Notes: generated from the letters alone by a model not told the origin. A DNA stretch of 64,000 nt from Eledone cirrhosa (GCA_964016885.1 OZ024759.1:9920001-9984000), one strand, 5' to 3'; shown: positions 14,101 to 25,893, counted from the first letter of the stretch. Numbers and translations: made by a program.

Positions 14101-17100
14101 AGTGTAAGGTCTGTTGACTCAGAAGGGTAGAGTACCCTCCATCTAAATAGAAGGGATGGGAATAATACCACACTAACTCTTAACATCCTGTACCACATGA
14201 GACCACATTAGCAAGACATTCTTGACAAATAAAAAAAGCATTTTTACTGCATCACATTAAATATTAAAGTCATTACTCTAATACAACAAAATTTCCACAA
14301 CAATCTGTCCACTGGTAAAGATACTATAAACATTTGAATTAACAAACCCCCCATTTTTAGATATTTTCTTCTAAACCACTACAGGATGTTTAACTTCTTC
14401 AATGCCGTAGATGAGATAACTCGCCCTAACATGTTTGAACTCTTTTCCAACAGTTCATAACTTCAAAGTTATGAACTTGTTTCTAATAGTTCATAACTTC
14501 AAAGCTAGATGGAGTTACTAGTTTATTGATGTGATATTTGTCAATCATTCAGATATGTTTTGTTAATAAATGTCTGTTTAAAAAAATAGTCATTTTGCTG
14601 GGAAAAAAAAACCTGGCACAGCAACTGTGGCTATGTAAAATATACATGGCAGTCAACAGGTTAAGATTTAATGTACCAAACCATTGAGTATTTCATTGTT
14701 GTGAGGGTGGTAGGTGGAGCGGAGTGGAGGGACACACATTGCGGAATTAAAGAAAAATAATTTACCATAGAAATAAGAAGCAAAGGTTTCCGTCCATAGA
14801 CATCAGATGCGACTCCAATAATTGGGGAGGATATGAACTGTAACAATGAAAACATGGAGCCAATCATACCTGACAACAGAGAGAAAGTTTTAAACTGATA
14901 ACATGGATACAGTTGATTTCATATAACACATTTTAAAGTAACTCATTGGTCATGTCATCAAAGACAAGGGTTTTTATGGGTGGTATGGGGTGACATGGGG
15001 TGGAGTGGGGTGGTAAAGGGTGGCCTGAGGTGGGGGTGGGTGACATGAGGTGGCATGGGTTGTATGGGGTGGCCTGAGGTGGGGTGGGATGGTATGGGGT
15101 GGCCTGGAGTGGCCTGAGGTGGTACGGGAGGGGTTTCTTTTGACGGAGGGAGTGACCATTGTGTTCCCGTCCACCTCAAACAAGCAATGTAAGAAACTGT
15201 CACCGAGACTTGGATGTTGGAACATACTGACCCTGACTACTGGTCAGTCTGATGATCTTTCAAAGATCAGTGACACCTGTAAAACAACAGTTACCAACAA
15301 CGAACTGCTATGACTTTGAGTGGACATTGCAGCACTTCTGGAGACATACCTCCCAGAATTGAGGACCCTTCGGACATTACAGCACTCCTGGAGACACACC
15401 TCCCAGAATTGAGGACCCTTTGGATATTACAGCACTTCTGGAGATACACCTCCCAGAATTGAGGACCCTTCAGACATTACAGCACTCCTGGAGACACACC
15501 TCCCAGAATTGAGGACTTTCAGTGGACATTACAGCACTTATGGTGACATACCCCCCAGAATTGAGGACCCTTCGGACATTACAGCACTCCTGGGGACACA
15601 CCTCCCAGAATTGAGGACCATTCATGAGAAAGAATATACCTTTTTCTGGCAGGGAAAAGACATAGATGAAGCTAAAGAACATTGTGTCTGCTTTGTTGCG
15701 AAGAACTCACTGTTGAATATGGCAGATCTCGGCAATGATGGTTCGGAGCAGATCTTCTCACTCTAATTGCACACTTTGAATGGGCCCGTCAACCTTGTCA
15801 GTGCTTATACCTCAACCTTCTATTCCACACCAGACAAGGATACATTTTATGATTAGCTCTCCAGAAAAATACAGGCATGTAATATATATACTGGAGAGAA
15901 ATGAAGCAAGTATGCTCCGTTAGATGTGCAATGTCAATGTGCGTGAATGACCCAGCATAGACGAGTTGAGAAAGAAACTGGGTATAAGAGGGATAAGTTG
16001 CGGTGTGCAGGAGAGAAGGCTGAGATGGTATGGACATGTGATGAGTTGAGAGAGAAACTGGGTATAAGAGGGATAAGTTGTGGTGTGCAGGAGAGAAGGC
16101 TGAGATGGTATGGACATGTGATGTGTTGACAGAGAAACTGGGTATAAGAGGGATAAGTTGTGTTGTGCAGGAGAGAAGACTGAGATGGTATGGACATGTG
16201 ATGTGTTGAGAGAGAAACTGGGTATAAGAGGGATAAGTTGTGGTGTGCAGGAGAGAAGGCTGAGATGGCATGGACATGTGATGTGTTGAGAGAGAAACTG
16301 GGTATAAGAGGGATAAGTTGTGGTGTGCAGGAGAGAAGACTGAGATGGTATGGACATGTGATGTGTTGAGAGAGAAACTGGGTATAAGAGGGATAAGTTG
16401 TGGTGTGCAGGAGAGAAGACTGAGATGGTATTGACATGTGATGTGTTGAGAGAGAAACTGAGTATAAGAGGGATAAGTTGTGGTGTGCAGAAGAGAAGGC
16501 TGAGATGGTTTCGACATGTGATGTGTTGAGAGAGAAACTGGGTATAAGAGGGATAAGTTGTGGTGTGCAGGAGAGAAGGCTGAGATGGTATAGACATGTG
16601 ATGTGTTGAGAGAGAAACTGGGTATAAGAGGGATAAGTTGTGGTGTGCAGGGGAGAAGACTGAGATGGTATGGACATGTGATGTGTTGAGAGAGAAACTG
16701 GGTATAAGAGGGATAAGTTGTGGTGTGCAGAAGAGAAGGCTGAGATGGTATGGACATGTGATGTGTTGAGAGAGAAACTGGGTATAAGAGGGATAAGTTG
16801 TGGTGTGCAGGAGAGAAGACTGAGATGGTATGGACATGTGATGTGTTGAGAGAGAAACTGAGTATAAGAGGGATAAGTTGTGGTGTGCAGGAGAGAAGAC
16901 TGAGATGGTATGGACATGTGATGTGTTGAGAGAGAAACTGGGTATAAGAGGGATAAGTTGTGGTGTGCAGGGGAGAAGACTGAGATGGTATGGACATGTG
17001 ATGTGTTGAGAGAGAAACTGGGTATAAGAGGGATAAGTTGTGGTGTGCAGAAGAGAAGGCTGAGATGGTATGGACATGTGATGTGTTGAGAGAGAAACTG

Positions 17101-18830
17101 GGTATAAGAGGGATCGTTGTGGTGTGCAGGAGAGAAGGCTGAGATGGTATGGACATGTGATGTGTTGAGAGAGAAACTGGGTATAAGAGGGATAAGTTGT
17201 GGTGTGCAGGAGAGAAGGCTGAGATGGTATTGACATGTGATGTGTTGAGAGAGAAACTGAGTATAAGAGGGATAAGTTGTGGTGTGCAGGAGAGAAGACT
17301 GAGATGGTATGGACATGTGATGTGTTGAGAGAGAAACTGGGTATAAGAGGGATAAGTTGTGGTGTGCAGGAGAGAAGGCTGAGATGGCATGGACATGTGA
17401 TGTGCATGGAGAATGAGCGCTGGGTGAAGAAGTGCCAAGAAATCCCAGTAGAAGGAAGACGCAATAGAGGTAGACCACGAAAAACATGGGCGGAGGTGGT
17501 GAGAGCAGACCTTAGATCGCTGAAACTCTCCGAGAAGATGACGAAGGACCGTGACAAGTGGAGAGATGCTGTGCTGAATAGGACCCATCCCACCCTTGCA
17601 AGCAGGGAAAAGCGGATGTAAAATGATGATGATGATGATGATGTAAGGTTTTCAAACTTTTGGGACCACTTCCCCCCTCATGGCCACATAATACCCTTAG
17701 TGCCCCCAACCCTATTTCTAGAGAGACCTCCCTACACACAAATTGTAAATAATATATAATAAATAAAATCGTTAATTGATATATAATAAATAATATAATA
17801 TATATTATGTATAAGTAAATATATATTTTATATTTTACTATCATCATCATTATCATCATTACACGTTCGCTTTTCCCTGCTTGCAAGGGTGGGATGGGCC
17901 CTATTCAGCACAGCATCTCTCCACTTGTCACAGTCCTTCGTCATCTCCTCCGTGAGCTTCAGCAATCTGTGGTCAGCTCTCACCACCTCTGCCCATGTTT
18001 TCTGTGGTCTTCCTCTACTGCGTCTTCCTTCAACTGACATTTCTTGGCACTTCTTCACCCATCGGCCATCCTCCATGCGCATCACATGTCCATACCCCCT
18101 CAGTCTCTTCTATATTTATATATAATATATATCATTTGATATTTAATATAGTATTATATTATCTCTACCACCCCACTACACCCTTAAGCTCTAACGCCCC
18201 ACTCTACCTTCTCAACGCCCCCAGGGGGCAGTAGCGCCCACTCTGAGAACCTCTGAGCTACACTATAGTGTGTAGTATATATTACACCATAGTATATATA
18301 GTGTGTAGTATACTACACATTAAAGTGTATATTACACTACTCTATAACTTGATAGAAACTGATGATGATAGTGTAGATGTAAATATTATTAAAAAGGTTA
18401 ATAGTTAATACTGCTCCTCCCCCTTCATATGGCAGTGCTCCAGCATGGTCTAAGCTGTGAAGGCTAAAGCAAATTAAAGAACACACACACACACATGCTG
18501 AAATCATACACACACACACACCACACATATGCAAACATTAAGGAGTGCCAAGGTTAAATGGTGTGGGTGAAATGGCAAAAGAAAGGATGTGTAATGCATG
18601 ATTATATATATATATATATATATACAGAAGGGTGTGCTGCAAAGTTCATAGGCTAATTATAAAGGAGTGATGCTAGAGCAGTGAAATCTTGCATGCATTA
18701 ATTTCAACTCTTCTCATTAATAACTGCATTGTTTGTTTCTTTCCAGGGACTATGTTGAAAAATAAACCTCATTTGGTCATTTCATGAGAGTATCTTGGTT
18801 AGACTATGGACTTTTCAGCTGACCCTTGAA

Positions 18831-18891
<61 letters not shown>

Positions 18892-19592
18892 GAAAATGAA
18901 ATTTTTATTTTTTCATTTTTTCCATTTACCGGCCGACTAACTCACTTGATATGCAAATTAGGCTGCTCAGCCGTTAATATGCATAAGGAAAGTATATACT
19001 TTCAAACGTTCAATCGACTGACAGGAAGGTATACGGTGCTGATGACAGCTAACAAGCTAGAAACTAGTTCATCGTTCCATTGTCAGTGTTGAACAAAAAG
19101 GCAACGATGGTTGCCAAACACTGTACGGCTTAATTTGGGCTGTTTGTTTACAAACAAACCGAACATTATAATAAATGTTCGGTAAACCCATACGTACATA
19201 TATATATGTGTACATGTATGTATATATATACATACTACTGTACGTCTGTATACATATATGTATGTACGTGTACATATATATTTATGTATATAATTCGAAG
19301 TTGGAAATCCACTACAATGCAGGTTTAGACAGAGAAGAATGAAACCACTTCCGGTCAGCATGGTATAGCAAGTCACATTGGACACTGGAATAGTTCCTAT
19401 ATTTTCCTGAGTCGAAGAGATACTAATCTTAAAATATCAGGTCATATGAACAAATTAAGGTAAAAAAGAACAAACCCTACTTTTTGTGTTTTTTGCATTT
19501 TAACTTTTCTCTGCTCAAACCTGCATTGTAGAGGCTTTACAGCTTCAAATTCTATATACCATAATATGCTTCAAGTAAATTACAAATTCCTT

Positions 19593-19649
<57 letters not shown>

Positions 19650-19975
19650 GGAGGCACATGGCTTAGTGGTTAGAGCATTAGCCTTGCAATCAAAAGGTTG
19701 AGTTCAATTCTCAGACCGGGTGATGTGTTGTTTCCTTGAGCAAGACACTTTATTTCACATTGCTCCAGTTTACTCAGCTGTAGAAATGAGATGATAGGGA
19801 CTGGGTTCCCTATCATTCCACTGCAAAGTGGACGTGTAGGCGCCACAGCAAAAAAGCACCCAGCACTCACTGTAAATGAGGTTGGTGTTAGGAAGGGCAA
19901 CCAGCTGTAGAAATCATGCCAGAATCAGTTCCCGTCCCACCCTTGCAAGCAGGGAAAAGTGGACGTAAAATGAAA

Positions 19976-20010
<35 letters not shown>

Positions 20011-20907
20011 GTTTGAATATGTGTAATAAGGCCAAGACAATGCAGGTATGGACATAGAAAAAAGAATGCAATAGTGAAAGATATTGATGTGAATTCGTCT
20101 TTCACCTTGAATTTATTTAAATGTCCTTAATTTTCGAGATAATATCTCTTCTTCGGAGGGAAGTAAAGGTCTCAAACCAGCGTCTTTAAATCTCTAGCCA
20201 AGCCATGCTGACCGGAAATATGGCTTGGCTAGAGATTTAAAGACGCTGGTTTGAGACCTTTACTTCCCTCCGAAGAAGAGATATTATCTCGAAAATTAAG
20301 GACATTTAAATAAATTCAAGGTGAAAGACGAATTCACATCAATATCTTTCACTATTGCATTCTTTTTTCTATGTCCATACCTGCATTGTCTTGGCCTTAT
20401 TACACATATTCAAACGTTTATACCTCATTACACAATGCTTCAAGTGAACTATAACCTCCTCCATATATATATATATATATATGGGATAACAAGTTATCGT
20501 TTAAGGTAATCCAATTAGAGGTTGTGAGTACTCTGTACTATGGATAGTTTTAACGTAGGGCTTTGTTTGACTCAACAAGAGGTTTCCTTAGTTAGGTGGC
20601 GAGTTTGCGAGAATTCCCATACAGGTTATTCTTGAAGTAATAGTAGTGAAAGATTGAAGAATAACATGGTCGGCTGTACAAAAAGGGTTTTATTTACAGT
20701 ACTAACAATTGTTTCATTGATCAGGTGAGTCTAAAGGCCGTTAATCATTCCGATGATCTGATCAGAGACACACACTGTATTTAAGATCAAGTGACGCAAC
20801 TTCGAGTGATTAGCGGTCTTTAGACTCACCTGATCAATGAAACAATTGTTAATACTGTAAATAAACCCTTTTTATACAGCCGACCATGTTATTCTTCACT
20901 CTTTCAC

Positions 20908-20949
<42 letters not shown>

Positions 20950-21136
20950 CGAAGGAAAAGTGGTAAGGAACCAGGTGGACCATAACACACCAAAGTACTC
21001 AATACTTAGGGTAGTAGAGTGGGTAATAGGAGTAAGTAAGATCCCGACGGCTGAGCTCAAGCCGTTTCGACGGCTAATTCTGTACAGAATTAGCCGTCGA
21101 AACGGCTTGAGCTCAGCCGTCGGGGTCTTACTTACT

Positions 21137-21215
<79 letters not shown>

Positions 21216-21403
21216 CAAGGAGATAACAAACAGAGGTACAAATAGTCTTATTAGTTTCACACTTTATATTGGAAAGAAAGATCAACATGTGGGGCTTCAG
21301 CCCTTCTTTAGGAGTACAACTAAAGACAGGATCTCAATGGAGGAAGAGAAAAAAGGTGCAGTAAAGACAAAAAAAAAATCAAAGATGAAGATTGAAATAT
21401 ACT

Positions 21404-21437
<34 letters not shown>

Positions 21438-21546
21438 TACACACATCTATATATACACACACACACATATACACACACAGACATACACACACATATATAC
21501 ACACGCACACACACGCACACATATACACACACACACATATACGCAC

Positions 21547-21589
<43 letters not shown>

Positions 21590-22053
21590 TAATATATATA
21601 CTAATATATATATATATATATATATATATACTATTAATAATGAGTTCAAAACTCAGGCAGTCCTTTACAATGAAATAGCTCAAAGAAAGAAGTATTTCTG
21701 AGCCATGTAATACAAGTTAATATAAATTAATATATTTGATAAACACAAATACCAACATATCCGTGTTTGTATTGTAAATGACTAAGTTAGCTAGATTGAA
21801 AAATACTAATTATAATAATACAGTTTGCCTGTCTCGATTTAAAATAATAAATCAATAAAAACAAAGCATATTGGCAAATGGCCGTGGTGCTTGGACAAAT
21901 TTAAATTTCAAAATCAAACCTGTTCCGTAGACAGGTATAATTATAATTACGTATTATTATAATTAGTATTTTTCAATCTAGCTAACTTAGTCATTTACAA
22001 TACAAACACGGATATGTTGGTATTTGTGTTTCTCAAATATATATATATATATA

Positions 22054-22088
<35 letters not shown>

Positions 22089-25000
22089 TAACATATATAC
22101 TACTATATACATATATATACTAATATATATATATATATATACTAATATATATAATAATATATATATATACTGATATATACTAACCTCCAAATAGAACTAT
22201 ATTCCATCTGGCTGTGTTTGGCATTCCGACCAAATTCTGAAAGTATTGCACTGCTTCCACCAGACTTCTGTAGAGAGTGCTCTGAAATGGAGAGTAATGT
22301 AAATATTATGTGAGGTAAAGCCTTTACTGTGACAATACAATAGTATATATAGAGTAATGTAAATGTTATGTGAGGTAAAGCCTTTACTGTGACAATACAA
22401 TAGTATATATAGAGTAATGTAAATGTTATGTGAGGTAAAGCCTTTACTGTGACAATACAATAGTATATATAGAGTAATGTAAATGTTATGTGAGATATTA
22501 TGTGAGGTAAAGCCTTTACTGTGAAAATACAATAGTATATATAGAGTAATGTAAATGTTATGTGAGATATTATGTGAGGTAAAGCCTTTACTGTGACAAT
22601 ACAATAGTATATATAGAGTAATGTAAATGTTATGTGAGATATTATGTGAGGTAAAGCCTTTACTGTGACAATACAATAGTATATATAGAGTAATGTAAAT
22701 GTTATGTGAGATATTATGTGAGATAAAGCCTTTACTGTGACAATACAATAGTATATATAGAGTAATGTAAATGTTATGTGAGATATTATGTGAGATAAAG
22801 CCTTTACTGTGAAAATACAATAGTATATATAGAGTAATGTGTAGTGACCTACATTCCGCGGGTTCTTATACATTCTCCGTGTGTTATTTGGCTCAGCCCA
22901 GCCAATGACCACCAGCGGAGGAGAACGTATCTCTACGCGCCCTGAGGGAAAATTTCCGCGCCAATTCGAGAAATCTCTCTCTTGCTGCTTGGACCATTGG
23001 AAGGTAAACACCTGCTTTTCTTTTGCCGTGAAATCACTGGCCAATATGTAACAACAATATAACCACGGCCTGGCAACACTTCAGCCAGTAGACCATACCT
23101 TTCTGAAAGTCTTAATGCGTTTGTTTTATTTCTCTTGGCATGTCAACTACTATTCAGCTCAACCTTTGTTAATAAATAACATAAAACAAAATAAACATAC
23201 ATTTCATCTCTTATTTCTGCTGTTGACATCATTATTATGCTTCACGGTGGATTGGCAGTATCGGTAGAGGGTCGGACGCCATGCTTTGAAGCATAGAGTT
23301 ACCTCCCTTTATGATCTGAGTTCAAATCCCGCCGAGGTCAACTTTGCCTTTCATCCTTACAAGGTCGATAAAATAAAGTACCAGTAATACACTGGGATAA
23401 TTGCTGGCCTTATGCCAAAAGTAGAAACAATTATTATGCTTCACATGGTGCTACTAACTATAACATATATTAAATGCTAAAAATGTAAATGGAAAAGGGC
23501 TAAGAAGCTAGGAATTACAATGAGGATGAGATTGTTGTAGAAAATGGCCTTGCTAGGAACAAGGATTCTAAGGTAGGTGTTAGAAAGTTGAAGGAGAAGG
23601 AAAGACTCAAAGGACCTTGGCCATTGACCATGGATCTCTCTTTTGCTATAGTGTTTGTATAACATCTGATATTGTTATTATAAATGATAATAATAATTGT
23701 TTCTACTTTTGGCACAAGGCCAGCAATTACCCAGTGTATTACTGGTACTTTATTTTATCGACCCCCCGTAAGGATGAAAGGTAAAGTTAACTTCGGCGGG
23801 ATTTAAACTCAGATCGTAAAGGGACGTAACTATGGCGGAAAGCATGTCCGACCCTCTACTGACACTGCCAATTCACCCAGGCTGGACAGACTAAGGAAAC
23901 TGTTGCAATTGTTGCTGCTAAGCACATAAAATTAATGGCAAAAGCAAAAGGTCAAGAGCAATTAGCATCAAAATGGGAGCAGAAACCTCTGCATGGCAAA
24001 TATGTGGCCCGTATCAAACAAGCTGATGTTGACCAAAAGCACACCCATCAGTGGCTACGTAGCTTAGGGCTAAAAGCAGAGAGCAAAGGATTCATCTTAG
24101 CTGCCCAAGATCAAATCTTACTGACATGGAATTACCAGGCCAATGTGACCAGAAATGGAGTAAATCCAAAGTGTCGATTCTGCAATGTTGAGGTTGAAAC
24201 AGTGGACCACTTAATCTTTGGATATAAAGTTTTAGCCCCAGTAGAGTTGACCAATATCTACACTGACAGAGTTGGCCAATATCTACACTGGGTAATATGT
24301 CAGCATTATAAAATCAAAGCTGCTGACAAGTATTACAATCATCACCCTGAGGCTGTAACTGAAGGAGGAAAAGTAACAATTCTTTGGGACTTTCCTGTAC
24401 ATACTGACTGGACCATAAAAGCTAATAGACCAGGTATCATTGTAAAAAACCAACATAACAAAGTCTGTTTATTGATTGATATGAGCATCCCATGTGATCA
24501 CAATATTGTGGCAAAAGAATTCAACAAGCTAAGAAAATATAAAGATCTGCTTATTGAAATCGAAAAAATGTGGCACCTCAAGGCCGTTACAATACCAGTG
24601 ATTGTGGGAGCACTGGGAATGATCAAGAAAGGAACAGAACAGTATTTGAGGATGACTCCTGGTTTACCCTCTCTGAAAGAGGTGCAAAAAATTGTTTTGA
24701 CTGGTACTGCACACATATTGAGAAGAGCACTATCTCTGTAAGAATGATATTCTTCTGTAAGAATGATTAGCTGTAGATTATATTCAATGTGGTGTATTAA
24801 CTGGCTTACCAATGTATACAGTGAGTTTATTGCCCTAGGTGTCAGGAAGACACTCGGCATATAATAGAAACAATACTGAAGGAAAAGGATAAAACAATAA
24901 TAATAATGATAAAGTGCAGAAGATGAAATGTGAGAGATTCTTACTTGATCATGTTGCTGATAATAATCTAGAATGGAAGGTAACAATGGTAGAATCAATG

Positions 25001-25139
25001 TGAAGGCCAAAAGATCTATAATTAGGGAGACAAAGACTACTTGTAGAATATACTTCTGTTGTTTGTGATGGAATGTTGAAGTGGAATTCTTCTTCTCAAT
25101 TGTTGAACCATTTCTTCTAGTTGTGGCTTGACACATCAT
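2072..25139 (-). CDS. MFSD10: MFSD10-like major facilitator superfamily transporter, multi-exon gene (5' part; join 25139-24945, 22281-22185, 14869-14766, 12343-12185, 4522-4334, 2168-2072; continues left of window)
   Basis: Six GT-AG bounded exons with compatible phases (0,1,0,0,0,1). They translate to contiguous MFSD10-type motifs: [45 protein letters not shown] (MFS motif A), [55 protein letters not shown]. Confidence 0.93.
2222..2402. repeat. 16-bp minisatellite (ccacccaaccacctca)
   Basis: Direct tandem copies. Confidence 0.9.
2938..3297 (+). mobile_element. TTAA/piggyBac-like MITE (short array)
   Basis: TTAA-CCCTTTAGCATT...AATGCTAAAGGG-TTAA terminal inverted repeats with TTAA on both sides. 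Confidence 0.85.
3820..4245. repeat. CA/TA microsatellite
   Basis: Low-complexity acac/atac. Confidence 0.9.
4334..4522 (-). CDS. MFSD10: MFSD10 coding exon 5 ([21 protein letters not shown]...[11 protein letters not shown])
   Basis: ccttag acceptor, 189 nt, GTGAGT donor; MFS motif C-like G....GP..G and ESLP. Confidence 0.93.
4525..4716. repeat. 35-bp minisatellite abutting the exon 5 acceptor
   Basis: aaggagtaaagagaagagtgatgctagagctgtga x5.5. Confidence 0.95.
4782..5540 (+). mobile_element. Cluster of four Meta-core tRNA SINE copies
   Basis: Repeated head/core/tail as at 266. Confidence 0.85.
5925..6572. repeat. (GGT/GAT/AGT)n trinucleotide microsatellite
   Basis: Direct inspection. Confidence 0.95.
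7014..9445 (+). mobile_element. TTAA/piggyBac-like MITE with ~30 x 72-bp satellite units and a nested SINE fragment (7131-7250)
   Basis: TTAACCCTTTAGCATT at 7014; aatgctaaaggaTTAA ending at 9445. Confidence 0.85.
9860..10887 (-). mobile_element. Two TTAA MITE copies; the second (10039-10887) carries a 72-bp array
   Basis: TTAACCCTTT at 10039; gctaaagggTTAA ending at 10887. Confidence 0.8.
10960..11640 (-). mobile_element. RTE LINE 3' fragment with 56-bp minisatellite (~9 copies, 10993-11517)
   Basis: [17 protein letters not shown] and [10 protein letters not shown] remnants; the unit derives from the LINE tail. Confidence 0.75.
11640..12105. repeat. (GAT/GGT)n microsatellite
   Basis: Direct inspection. 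Confidence 0.95.
12185..12343 (-). CDS. MFSD10: MFSD10 coding exon 4 ([53 protein letters not shown])
   Basis: ttgtccag acceptor, 159 nt, GTAAGA donor; [17 protein letters not shown] motif. Confidence 0.93.
12344..13105 (-). repeat. 63/66-bp minisatellite made of the exon 4 splice acceptor (12 copies including the real one)
   Basis: Unit ttaattaacctatgttataatttatctcaccttctccag|GTAGGTGTA. Confidence 0.95.
13760..14060 (-). mobile_element. Decayed RTE-like LINE 3' fragment
   Basis: RFAGHCFR...SDLLFW...LTY remnants. Confidence 0.5.
14766..14869 (-). CDS. MFSD10: MFSD10 coding exon 3 ([35 protein letters not shown])
   Basis: ttgtcag acceptor, 104 nt, GTAAAT donor; contains MFS motif A. Confidence 0.93.
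15130..15880 (+). mobile_element. RTE (BovB-type) endonuclease N-terminal fragment with internal 50-bp repeat x6
   Basis: [28 protein letters not shown] motifs; contains stops. Confidence 0.75.
15890..17642 (+). mobile_element. RTE LINE 3' end with 80-bp tandem array (~18 copies)
   Basis: [46 protein letters not shown], (gat)n tail. Confidence 0.9.
17643..18255. mobile_element. hAT-type MITE remnant with nested RTE 3' end (17843-18110, minus)
   Basis: Ends aaggttttcaaac / gagaacctctg; a similar end occurs at 57548. Confidence 0.5.
18625..18828. mobile_element. Tc1/mariner-like MITE in TA repeat
   Basis: Imperfect TIRs aagggtgtgctgcaaagttcatag / ctatggacttttcagctgaccctt. Confidence 0.55.
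19033..19075 (+). ncRNA. Minimal type I hammerhead ribozyme motif
   Basis: ACGGTG-CTGATGA-C AGCT AACA AGCT A-GAAAC TA GTT-CATCGT: stem I 6 bp, stem II 4 bp, minimal stem III, GUU triplet. Confidence 0.7.
19650..19980 (+). mobile_element. tRNA-derived CORE-type SINE with RTE-derived tail
   Basis: A-box tggcttagtggttaga, B-box gagttcaattctc, core ccttgagcaagacactt, tail shared with the RTE at 17586-17640. Confidence 0.85.
20004..20422. repeat. 203-bp-arm essentially perfect inverted repeat, 13-nt loop
   Basis: Arms 20004-20206 / 20220-20422. Confidence 0.95.
20640..20913. repeat. ~110-bp-arm imperfect inverted repeat
   Basis: tgaagaataacatggtcggctg... / ...cagccgaccatgttattcttca. Confidence 0.9.
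21026..21141. repeat. 116-bp loopless palindrome
   Basis: Axis between 21083/21084 (tgt|aca). Confidence 0.95.
21730..22042. repeat. ~90-bp-arm inverted repeat
   Basis: aaacacaaataccaacatatccgtg / cacggatatgttggtatttgtgttt. Confidence 0.9.
22185..22281 (-). CDS. MFSD10: MFSD10 coding exon 2 ([32 protein letters not shown])
   Basis: tttcag acceptor, 97 nt, GTTAGT donor; matches the MFSD10 'LY...V.YF...VGMP....N.VLFG' segment. Confidence 0.9.
22291..22840. repeat. 72/60-bp satellite array abutting the exon 2 acceptor
   Basis: Same unit as the MITE arrays; no MITE ends visible. Confidence 0.9.
23880..24870 (+). mobile_element. 5'-truncated R4/Dong-type non-LTR retrotransposon (zinc knuckle + restriction-like endonuclease)
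   Basis: KPLHGKY, CRFC...[39 protein letters not shown]; ORF 23935-24741; PD mutated to PG. Confidence 0.85.
24945..25139 (-). CDS. MFSD10: MFSD10 first coding exon (MMCQ...[10 protein letters not shown]); exon acceptor probably at 25189
   Basis: ATG at 25139, 65 codons, TM1 [24 protein letters not shown], donor GTAAGA after 24945, upstream ttgcag acceptor at 25190. Confidence 0.9.
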
Positions 25140-25220
25140 ATCAGCAGATACTTCTTGCTTGGACTTCTCTACACTTATCACCTGACAACCTGCAACAAAT
25201 TATATATTTATGTAGAAAGA

Positions 25221-25257
<37 letters not shown>

Positions 25258-25258
<1 letters not shown>

Positions 25259-25520
25259 AAGGCGGGTAAAATTCCCGAGATCTATGGACGAGTTCTCTCC
25301 AGCGGTCTCTGTCCCTCATTATCGCTGCCATATCCTGCATCTCCAACAGACCAGTGTCTGTCCTTAGGGCATCAACATACGTTAACCTTGGTCTTCCTCT
25401 TCTAGTGTGTCCATGTAGGGGCTCCCAAAGGAGTACTGAGTGCAATGTCAACTCTGGATGTCGGTGAGCATGTCCAGCTAACCTCAGTCTCCTCTGTGTC
25501 ACTTTTGAGCTGACTTTTGA
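25258..25520 (-). mobile_element. RTE-clade LINE 3' fragment
   Basis: RRLRLAGHAHRHPE...LLWEP...RGRPRLTYVD. Confidence 0.8.
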
Positions 25521-25567
25521 AATATATATATATATATATATAAATGAGACGTATAGAGATTGTTTTA

Positions 25568-25619
<52 letters not shown>

Positions 25620-25698
25620 ATAATAATAAATTTGAAGACTAAAATTCAAAGAGGGCTCAATAAGGATAAATATCAAATATATAAGAACCGTAGAGCAA

Positions 25699-25833
25699 AT
25701 ATTTATTAAAATAACAGATTAAAGTTTAAGCAAAGAATCGCTGCTTTCACCCTTAGCGGGTGATCTTCTGAAGATCCCGCTAAGGGTGAAAGCAGTGATT
25801 CTTTGCTTAAACTTTAATCTGTTATTTTAATAA

Positions 25834-25837
<4 letters not shown>
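25699..25837. repeat. ~65-bp-arm inverted repeat with hammerhead-like core
   Basis: CTGAAGA TCCC GCTAA GGGT GAAA in the right arm; a single-arm copy lies at 51890-51955. Confidence 0.85.

Positions 25838-25893
<56 letters not shown>

Noticed and set aside
15798-17593. 500-600 aa ORFs in three minus frames
   Set aside because: Antisense read-through of the 80-bp LINE-derived array.
19650-19725. tRNA-like sequence (also 55378 and SINE heads)
   Set aside because: Continues into SINE core and tail; multiple diverged copies; not a functional tRNA gene.
24498-24944. ORF extension of the MFSD10 first coding exon to 227 aa
   Set aside because: Reads past the GTAAGA donor into intron and antisense R4 element; similarity ends at HDQ.
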